From positions 320,001 through 384,000 of the forward strand of contig CAVQXP010000004.1 of assembly GCA_963717935.1 (NCBI GenBank): DNA of 64,000 nt, given 5' to 3'. The translations under genes and the position numbers were made by a program. Under the pieces are notes generated by a model. That model saw only the letters and a list, made by a program, of their open reading frames with translations, was not told where the DNA came from and searched no databases. The DNA is from Candidatus Eiseniibacteriota bacterium. GTDB taxonomy: Bacteria; Eisenbacteria; RBG-16-71-46. Every line of letters starts with the position of its first letter. The stretch's first letter is position 1. Shown here one piece after another: positions 56,805 through 64,000 of this stretch.

Positions 56805-58451
56805 ATGCGCTTCGCCCCCTTCGTCCTCGCCACGCTCTGCGTGCTCGTCCTCTTCCTCGGCCTGGACCGGGTGGGCGTGCTGGACGAACGCGAGGCACGC
56901 GACGCGCAGGTCGCACGGGAGCTGATCCGGCACGGCGAGGCGCTGACGCCCCTCTACGGCGCGCAACCGCTCTACGAGAAGCCCCTGCTCGCCTACGCGC
57001 TCGAAGCGCTGGCGTACTGGCGCGAACCGGCCTCACCGGTGCATTCCCGCCAGATGCGCGCGGGCCTCGCGGTGCTGCTCATCCTCATCACGGGCATGGC
57101 GGGGGGGCGGCACTTCGGCCCACGCGCCGGGGTCTTCGCGGCGGGCGTGCTCGCCACCTCGGTCGTGCTGCCGCTGGCGGCGCGCAGCGACGGCACGCAG
57201 ATGCTCGGCTCGGTCTTCGCCTGGATCGGCTGCGCGGGCCTCGCCGACGTGGTCTTCGGCCGCGCACGCGGTCGCGATCTGCGGCTGGTGGTCACGTACG
57301 CGGCGCTGGCGGCGGCGCTGGTGTGCGCGGGGCCGCTCACGGCGCTGTGGCCCCTCGGGGGGCTCGCGCTCTACCTGGGGCTGGCGCGCGACCGCGAGGG
57401 CTGGCGGCGCGCGCGTCCGCTCGCCGGACTCACCCTCATGCTGGGCGTCGCCCTGCCGTGGTACGGAGCCATGATCGAGCGCCGCGGCGCCGACTTCCTC
57501 TCGCACGCGCCGTTCTTCCCCTACGCGGTCGGGCCGCCGATGCCGTGGCTCGCGGGCGCGGTGTTCGCGATCCCGTTCCTGGTGGTCGGCTGCTTCCCGT
57601 GGAGCGCACTGCTCCCCGACGCGATGGTGCACGCGGCGACGTGGTGGCGCGGACGCGGGCGCCTGCCGCTGCTGCGCATCGGGTCGACCGGGCCGGAGTT
57701 CCCGCCGGCCGTGGCGATCGAGCGCGAGAAGCGCGAAGAGGGCGCGGCGCACTTCTTCATCGCCTGCCTGCTCGCGGCGCTCGCGCCGATCCTCGTCTAT
57801 CCGTCACGCCCGCTCACGGCGGCGCTGCCGGCGGTGCCGGCCGTCGCGCTCCTGTGCGGGCGTCTGCTCGACCACCTGTTCGAGGACCCGAAGCGTCTGG
57901 CGCAGGCGGTCACGCGTTCGGCGCTGACGCTGGTCGTGGCGGGAAGCGTGGCGGCGTTCACCTTCGTGGCGCTGGCGGCGCGCATGCGTGACGCGGCCCC
58001 GGACCTGCGTCTGCTGGGGGCGGCCCTGCTCCTCGCCTCCTGGGCGCCGTTCCTCGCGGACCTGATGCGCCGGCGCCGCCTCGCGGCCCTGCTGATGGGG
58101 CTGCCGGTCGTGGTGGGGATGCCGATCGCGTCGCTGCAGGTCCTGCCCGCAATGGAGGACTGGCTCAACACGCGCGCGGCGGCGCAGGCGCTGGACGTCA
58201 CCGCACCGCCGCGCGCGCCGCTCGTGCTGGTGGGCGCACCGCCACCGTCGCTGCGCTTCTACGCCGGGCACGACCTGGTGATCGTGTCGCCCGGGCCGGA
58301 CGCACTGCGGGACTACCGCGCGGCGGACGGGATGACGTACCTCGCCTTCCGCCCCGCGCGCGAGCGCGAAGTCGCGCGCCGCGCGCAGACGCCGCTCGAG
58401 ATCCTCGCGCGCACGCCGACGCTGGTCGTCGGGCGGGTGAGGCCGGAGTAG
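56805..58451 (+). CDS. ArnT/GT83-GT39-like integral membrane glycosyltransferase
   Basis: DE..AR.AQVAREL...P...EKPLL, ALPWY and FPWS motifs; many TM helices. Confidence 0.7.
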   Translation: MRFAPFVLATLCVLVLFLGLDRVGVLDEREARDAQVARELIRHGEALTPLYGAQPLYEKPLLAYALEALAYWREPASPVHSRQMRAGLAVLLILITGMAGGRHFGPRAGVFAAGVLATSVVLPLAARSDGTQMLGSVFAWIGCAGLADVVFGRARGRDLRLVVTYAALAAALVCAGPLTALWPLGGLALYLGLARDREGWRRARPLAGLTLMLGVALPWYGAMIERRGADFLSHAPFFPYAVGPPMPWLAGAVFAIPFLVVGCFPWSALLPDAMVHAATWWRGRGRLPLLRIGSTGPEFPPAVAIEREKREEGAAHFFIACLLAALAPILVYPSRPLTAALPAVPAVALLCGRLLDHLFEDPKRLAQAVTRSALTLVVAGSVAAFTFVALAARMRDAAPDLRLLGAALLLASWAPFLADLMRRRRLAALLMGLPVVVGMPIASLQVLPAMEDWLNTRAAAQALDVTAPPRAPLVLVGAPPPSLRFYAGHDLVIVSPGPDALRDYRAADGMTYLAFRPAREREVARRAQTPLEILARTPTLVVGRVRPE

Positions 58452-58475
58452 GCGGAGCCCGCCGGCCGCGCCGCC

Positions 58476-61400
58476 TCAGTCACGGGCCCGGACGGGTCCC
58501 GCAGCCCCCCCGCGCACCGGCAGGCCCGCCCGCGCCTCCCGCTCCACCTCCACCTTGGCCGTGGCCTTCGGCCGCTCGAGCTGGAGCACCTCGAAGTCCG
58601 GATCGGCCACCACGCGCTCGGGCTCGAAGCCACAGCGGATGACGATCTCCTTCGCCTCCTTCGGGCCGAGCACGACGGTCGTGCGCGCCGCGCGCCAGGG
58701 TTCCTCCTTCTTCTTCGCGTCGGCGAAGCGCACCCCGCGGACGGCCGCGATCTGCACGGGCATGCGACCGGTGCCGGCGTTCCGCACCCGGGCGCGGACC
58801 TCCCAGGCGTCGCCCCGCCGCGCCGCGCGCGCATCGCTCAGGCGGTACTCGGGCACGACGACCTCCCAGTACCACTGTGTCACAAACGCGTCGTAGGCCG
58901 TGGTGTCGGGCGCGTAGCGGCGCATGTGCGCGAGGTAGTCCTGAAGCACGGGATGATCCCGGCCGTCGCGCCACACGGCGATGAAGTCGCGCAGGCCCCG
59001 CAGCATCGGCTCCCGGCCCACGAGCCGCATCATCATCCACGCGACCCACCCGCCCTTGTCGTAGACGATGCGATTGTCGCCGGCGCGCGCCCCGTCGATC
59101 CGCGTGAGGGGGCGCTCGGAGTCGGCCTGTCGCGTGTTCGCGTACTGGTCCTCGATCTGGCGCAGGAAGGCCAGTTGCTGCTCGAGGCCCTTCAGTTGCC
59201 CGATGAGCAGGGTCGTCGAGAGATGCGACATGCCCTCGGACAGCACCACCGCTCCGGGGCGGTCGGCGGGGACGAGGATGTTGCCCCACCACTGGTGTGC
59301 GGCTTCGTGGGCCGTGACCCAGAACGCGGCGTCGGCCTTCGGCTCGCTCCTGGTGAGGAAGCCGATGCCCTCGGAGAACGTGATGTTGGTCGGCGAGCCC
59401 TGCGCGTAGTTCCTCAGGGCGGGGAACTCGCTGAGCCGCAGTTCCCGCCACGGGTAGGGCCCGAACCACTCCGAGTACCAGCGCCGCGAACCGGACAGCG
59501 CCTGCATCATGCCGTCGAGGTTGTAGGTGTGCGCCGGGTGGTGGTAGATGGTCACGCCCTCGCCGCGCCTCTCGGCCCAGCGGCCGGCGATCACGTTGAA
59601 CAGGTGCACGGGATGGTCGGTGACGTAGGTGAACGTGCGGCGGCCGCCGGCTGCGGCCTCGCTCTCGAGCACGCCGGTGGCGTTCACCCGGAACCCCTCG
59701 GGCACGGTCACGCGGATGCGCGTGTCGAACCACGTCTCCGCCAGCGGCAGCATCGCCGGCAGCGTGTCGCGCCAGACGTCGTCGGGGTACTGGCGCGGCT
59801 CGGGCCGGTCCTTCGCCTCGGGACCGATCTCCGGGTTGAACCCGAGCTGGGGCACGAGCGTGGGCCCGGTGAACCCGGTGAACACGGCGCTCGAGGGCAC
59901 GATGAACTCCATCGTCCCCGCGCCGTTGCGGCTGATGCCCATCGGGTAGCTCCCCCGGTAGCGGAAGCCCAGGCGCACGCGACCGCCCGTCGCCAGCGGC
60001 CGTGGCAGCGTGAAGACGTAGAGTCGCGAACGATCCTCGGGCTTGCACGGGGCGCCGTCCATCGTCCACGAGAGCGAGTCCCAGGAGACCCCGCCCGTGA
60101 GCGGGATCTGCGCGAGCGGCCGCCCGTTCAGGTTCACGAGATCGTAGTGGCCGGCCACGCGGAATTCACGGCGCGGCGGGTCGAGCACGAGGTCGAGGTC
60201 CACCGCGGCCATCGCGGGCAGCGGTGCGTTCGTCCAGGTCGCCGCGTTCTGCCGCCAGTAGTCCTTCGCCAGCTTCTTCATCCGGCGCCCCTCCCACCCC
60301 TGCTCCACCTGGAACCAGAGCACGGCCCAGATCGCCAGCGGCACGACCAGCAGCGGCACGAGTCCCAGCGCCCCGCGCGCGAGCGCGGCCGGTCGCAGCC
60401 GGTGCATGGCGCGCGTGGCGTCGGCCTCGAGCCGCGGGAAGAGGCGCACGGTGAGTACGATGAAGAACACCGTGAGCCCGAGCACCATCGCGCGGTTGAG
60501 GATCAGCGGCAGCCGGTCCAGCTCGAACACGCTCATGTCGCTCCAGCGCGTCGCGCTCCACAGGTCCCAGTTGAACGCCCAGTTCATCTTGCCGCGCATC
60601 TCGAAGAAACCGGTCAGGGTCATCGCGCCGAGGCCCAGGGCGTAGGTGGCGTAACGGCTGCCGGTGAGCGCGAAGAGCGCCATCGTGAACGCGGTCCAGA
60701 CCAGGAACGTGGGCGTGAGCAGCAGGCCCCAGCACAACAGGAACGGCTCGATGCGGAACGGCACCTTCCCCTGCACCGCGAGGAGGATGGCGTTGCCGGC
60801 GAGGGCGGTCAGGACGATGGCCAGCGCCACCACGGTGTTGGCCAGCGCCTTGCCCAGCAGCAGCGAGCCGGTGCGCAGCGGGGTGGCGTAGAAGATCGGG
60901 CCGAATCCGCTGCCGCGCTCGCGGTGCAGCGACTCCACCGTGTAGAAGAGCAGCAGCAGGCAGACCAGCAGCGTGAGCGTGTTCATCGCGTCCACGGCGA
61001 GCCCGCCCGGCGTCTGGAGCAGGGCCGTGTCGAAGGCGCCGACCCTGACCACGCTGCTCAGGGTCTGGGCCAGGATCATGGGCACGAACAGGTAGAGGCC
61101 GGGGTGCGTGCGCAGCTCGCGCAGCTCCACGCGCGCGACCTCCCACGCGCCGGAGAGGAAGCCGATGGCCTTCCAGCGCATCCCGAGCGACGCGAGCGGG
61201 GCCATCTCGGGCCGGGGCGCTCCGGCGTCGGGCAGGTCCGCCTCGAGGCGGGCGGCGCGGCCGCGGCGCACCGCTCTCGTACCGCGCAGCGTGGCGGCGA
61301 ACCGCCACTGCGTGAGCAGGACGGCCCCCAGGCCCAGGAACATCACCATCGCGCGGTTCGCCCAGAACAGGCCGTCGGTGCCGACTCCGGCGCGGTTGTA

Positions 61401-62132
61401 GAAGTCCACGCCGCGGTCCACGTTGAGCCAGGTCTCGTTGAGCCAGCGGATCCCGGTCGGGTCCAGCACCATGAGGAGGCCGTTGACGGCGGGGTTGAGC
61501 CACGACGGCGACCAGTTCCACACCAGGGTGATGCCCAGGACGATGGTCGCCACCGGGAACGCGAACACCAGGATCGGCATGCGCGTGAGCGTGCCCAGCG
61601 CGAGGCTCGTGCCGGCCATGCACAGCAGCGAGGGCAGCGCGAACAGCAGCAGGGGGCGCAGGTAGTTCGCTGCGACGAGCGGGCCGATCACCTCGGCGTT
61701 CTCGCCGTGGGGCACGCCGTGGTTGAACAGGACCATGAGTGCGACATTCCCCGCGAGCACCACGAGGAAGCCGGCCAGCGCGGCGGCGTACTTGCCCCAC
61801 ACGTACTCGGCCGGCGTGAGTGGCGTGGCGTGGAGCAACTCGCCGACCTTCAGCTCCTCGTCGCGGATCATGGTCATGCCGGCGGCCACGGCGACGAAGA
61901 AGGCGTAGATGATCCCCACCAGCATCGCGATGAGCTGCGCGATCGCGAATTCCGACGTGATCCAGGCCTTGGTTCCGCCCACCGCGCTGTTTCCCGAGCC
62001 GATCGAGGCGTTGCCCGTGGACATCGTGTAGGCGAGGAGACCGAGGATCAGGAAGAGGACCCACGGCAGCGGCCGCTGCAGGCTGTGGAGGAACTCCTGG
62101 CGGAAGACCTCGAAGAGACGCCGCGGGCTCAT
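58476..62132 (-). CDS. Fusion of a double ABC-2 permease and an M1-family aminopeptidase
   Basis: Two permease halves (ATPL..EY..GK and ATPL...LLGK), then HEAAHQWWG...SEG and YDKG gluzincin motifs. Confidence 0.88.
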   Translation of the reverse strand: MSPRRLFEVFRQEFLHSLQRPLPWVLFLILGLLAYTMSTGNASIGSGNSAVGGTKAWITSEFAIAQLIAMLVGIIYAFFVAVAAGMTMIRDEELKVGELLHATPLTPAEYVWGKYAAALAGFLVVLAGNVALMVLFNHGVPHGENAEVIGPLVAANYLRPLLLFALPSLLCMAGTSLALGTLTRMPILVFAFPVATIVLGITLVWNWSPSWLNPAVNGLLMVLDPTGIRWLNETWLNVDRGVDFYNRAGVGTDGLFWANRAMVMFLGLGAVLLTQWRFAATLRGTRAVRRGRAARLEADLPDAGAPRPEMAPLASLGMRWKAIGFLSGAWEVARVELRELRTHPGLYLFVPMILAQTLSSVVRVGAFDTALLQTPGGLAVDAMNTLTLLVCLLLLFYTVESLHRERGSGFGPIFYATPLRTGSLLLGKALANTVVALAIVLTALAGNAILLAVQGKVPFRIEPFLLCWGLLLTPTFLVWTAFTMALFALTGSRYATYALGLGAMTLTGFFEMRGKMNWAFNWDLWSATRWSDMSVFELDRLPLILNRAMVLGLTVFFIVLTVRLFPRLEADATRAMHRLRPAALARGALGLVPLLVVPLAIWAVLWFQVEQGWEGRRMKKLAKDYWRQNAATWTNAPLPAMAAVDLDLVLDPPRREFRVAGHYDLVNLNGRPLAQIPLTGGVSWDSLSWTMDGAPCKPEDRSRLYVFTLPRPLATGGRVRLGFRYRGSYPMGISRNGAGTMEFIVPSSAVFTGFTGPTLVPQLGFNPEIGPEAKDRPEPRQYPDDVWRDTLPAMLPLAETWFDTRIRVTVPEGFRVNATGVLESEAAAGGRRTFTYVTDHPVHLFNVIAGRWAERRGEGVTIYHHPAHTYNLDGMMQALSGSRRWYSEWFGPYPWRELRLSEFPALRNYAQGSPTNITFSEGIGFLTRSEPKADAAFWVTAHEAAHQWWGNILVPADRPGAVVLSEGMSHLSTTLLIGQLKGLEQQLAFLRQIEDQYANTRQADSERPLTRIDGARAGDNRIVYDKGGWVAWMMMRLVGREPMLRGLRDFIAVWRDGRDHPVLQDYLAHMRRYAPDTTAYDAFVTQWYWEVVVPEYRLSDARAARRGDAWEVRARVRNAGTGRMPVQIAAVRGVRFADAKKKEEPWRAARTTVVLGPKEAKEIVIRCGFEPERVVADPDFEVLQLERPKATAKVEVEREARAGLPVRGGAAGPVRARD

Positions 62133-63067
62133 GACACTCGCCCGGCGGCGGCGCTCTCCCGGCGAGCGGCCGACGGGTCGGAGGAACCGTTCGCGCCGTT
62201 GGAGGCCCGCATCATGACGAGGTAGGCATCCTCGAGGGTCGGCGTCGCCGTCTCGAAGCCCGGCGGCGGCGCACCCGACGCATCGTGCACGCGGACGCGG
62301 TGGCGGCCCTCGACCAGGATCGCCTGCGTCACCGTGCGCTCGCGGCGCAGGGCCGGCAGCTCGGAGGGCGTCACCGTGCCCTCGAAGATCGCGCCGTCCA
62401 GCGCGGCGCGGGCCTCGCGCGGCGTGGTGTGCGCGATCAGGCGCCCGTGACGGATCACGGTGAAGCGCGGGCAGAGCACGGCGACGTCCTCGACGATGTG
62501 GGTCGAGAGGATGACGGTGCGGCCCTCGGCCAGCTCGGCGAGCAGATGGTAGAAGCGCAGGCGCTCCTCCGGATCGAGCCCGGCCGTGGGCTCGTCCACG
62601 ATCAGCAGCCGCGGGTCCCCGGCGATCGCCTGCGCGATGCCCAGGCGCTGGCGCATGCCGCCCGAGTAGGTCTTCACCCTGCGGCGGGCCGCGTACGAGA
62701 GGTTCACGCGCTCCAGCAGCTCGCCGGCGAGCTTCTGCTGCCCCACGGGCGCGGAGACGCCCTTCAGCCGGAGCAGGTGGACCAGCATCTGCTCGCCCGT
62801 CAGGTGGGGATAGAAGCCGAATTCCTGCGGCAGGTAGCCGAGTTGCGCCCGCAGACGCTCGGGGTGGGCGAGGACATCCTCACCGTCGAGCGTCAGGTGG
62901 CCGGAGGTGGGCTCGAGCAGCCCGGCGAGGATGCGCATGAGCGTGGACTTGCCCGCCCCGTTGGGCCCGAGCAGGCCGAACATGCCGAGCGGCACCTCGA
63001 GGTCGATGCCCTGCAGCGCCGCGACCGGACCGGGATAGACCTTGACCAGCGATTGGATGGACAGCAT
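62129..63067 (-). CDS. ABC transporter ATP-binding protein
   Basis: GPNGAGKST, YSGGMRQR, IVDEP and STH motifs. Confidence 0.95.
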   Translation of the reverse strand: MLSIQSLVKVYPGPVAALQGIDLEVPLGMFGLLGPNGAGKSTLMRILAGLLEPTSGHLTLDGEDVLAHPERLRAQLGYLPQEFGFYPHLTGEQMLVHLLRLKGVSAPVGQQKLAGELLERVNLSYAARRRVKTYSGGMRQRLGIAQAIAGDPRLLIVDEPTAGLDPEERLRFYHLLAELAEGRTVILSTHIVEDVAVLCPRFTVIRHGRLIAHTTPREARAALDGAIFEGTVTPSELPALRRERTVTQAILVEGRHRVRVHDASGAPPPGFETATPTLEDAYLVMMRASNGANGSSDPSAARRESAAAGRVS

Positions 63068-63180
63068 GGACCACCTCGCAAGGAGAAGCCGGCGGCCCGG
63101 GTCGGGCCGTGATGGACAAGAGAACTACGCTCCCGGCGTCCGCGAAGTTGCCTTCGCCAGCCCGGACGCCGCGCGCCGAC

Positions 63181-64000
63181 CTACTTCGCCGCCGCGGAAT
63201 CGCCCGCGGCCGCGCCGGACACGCCGCCGGCGGGCGCGGCCACCGGCGCGCCCGCCGCGTCCAACTCGGCGTACGACGGCTCACTCGCGGTCCAGGAATG
63301 GGGGATGGCGAAGATCGCGAGCGTGACGAGCGCGGCGAACACGACCCACGCCTTCTCGAGCTTCGAACGTCCCACGGCGACCGCCGCGGCGATCCAGCCG
63401 AGGAAGGCGATGAGCGTCTTGCTGTCGGTGATGTCGTTGCCCACGGGGAAACCGGTCCACCATTCGCCGAACGCGTAGTGCGTGACGAACACGCCGATCA
63501 CCAGGCCGCCGATGAAGAGCGTCGCCAGCGTCCCCCAGGCGAGGCCCTGGAAGCGCGGCCTGGGGCTGAAGACCTCGAGACCGGCGCGTGTCGAGAGGAG
63601 CATCGCCAGGAAGATGAAGAAGATGTGCGGGACGAGCACTCCGGGCGGGACGTCCCCGCGGAAGCGGATGGCCGCGGGACGCCCGGCCGGGATGACGATC
63701 GTCTCGACGCCGCGTGTGAGCCGCACGCGATACCAAAGCTTGCCGGCGGGCGGCTGATGCGGCAGCTCGGCCACGAGCGCGTCCCCCTCGCGCCGCATCC
63801 GCACCGTGCTCCAGGAATCGTTCGAACGGTGGCGCTTCCACTCGGTGACGCCCGTGACGTCCTCGGGCAGCGCCCCGAGCTCGACCCGGTGGTCGCCCGG
63901 GCCGGCGTGCGTGCGGTCGAGCACGTAGTGGACGGCGGAGCCTCCGAGCGACGCCGTCCCGGACAGCTCGTAGGTCGGGCCGGTCGTGCGCTGCCAGCGC
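63181..64000 (-). CDS. Hypothetical membrane protein (5' end lies beyond the window)
   Basis: The frame stays open to the window end (RWQRTTGPTY...). An extracytoplasmic domain LPHQPPAGK is followed by 4 TM helices with WTGFP.G.DITD.KT. Confidence 0.75.
   Translation of the reverse strand, partial: RWQRTTGPTYELSGTASLGGSAVHYVLDRTHAGPGDHRVELGALPEDVTGVTEWKRHRSNDSWSTVRMRREGDALVAELPHQPPAGKLWYRVRLTRGVETIVIPAGRPAAIRFRGDVPPGVLVPHIFFIFLAMLLSTRAGLEVFSPRPRFQGLAWGTLATLFIGGLVIGVFVTHYAFGEWWTGFPVGNDITDSKTLIAFLGWIAAAVAVGRSKLEKAWVVFAALVTLAIFAIPHSWTASEPSYAELDAAGAPVAAPAGGVSGAAAGDSAAAK

Overview
A very GC-rich (about 70% or more by eye), gene-dense chromosomal segment from a diderm bacterium. It has outer-membrane porins plus Tat and lipoprotein signals; the lineage cannot be assigned from the sequence alone. 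I see no rRNA, tRNA, CRISPR array, transposase or integrase. About 57 CDSs cover two two-component systems, redox and oxidative-stress genes (ferredoxin, trxB, ETF-QO, Fe/Mn SOD, bcp, AhpD-like), queG, moaDE, tnaA, lctP, ispH, arsR-arsM, a metal-uptake operon, bioY, SPFH-Arc, a HEAT plus HD-GYP pair, tricorn protease, cysK-cysE, iorAB-like genes, an ArnT-like GT and an ABC ATPase with a permease-M1 peptidase fusion. The most interesting signals are: (1) a His/CxxC leader peptide ending RGPP (DUF2946/CruR-like ribosome-arrest candidate) ahead of a porin-ZnuA-ZnuB operon that lacks an ATPase; (2) a structured palindromic repeat with covarying arms and GGA hairpins on both sides of lctP, one copy nested inside another; (3) two exact sigma28-type promoters (TCAAG-N15-GCCGATAA) driving a beta-barrel gene and the HEAT/HD-GYP operon; (4) a candidate 6S-like ncRNA; (5) three apparent pseudo-enzymes (sigma54 activator, ApbE, LigB); (6) a MITE-like hairpin and several gene remnants.
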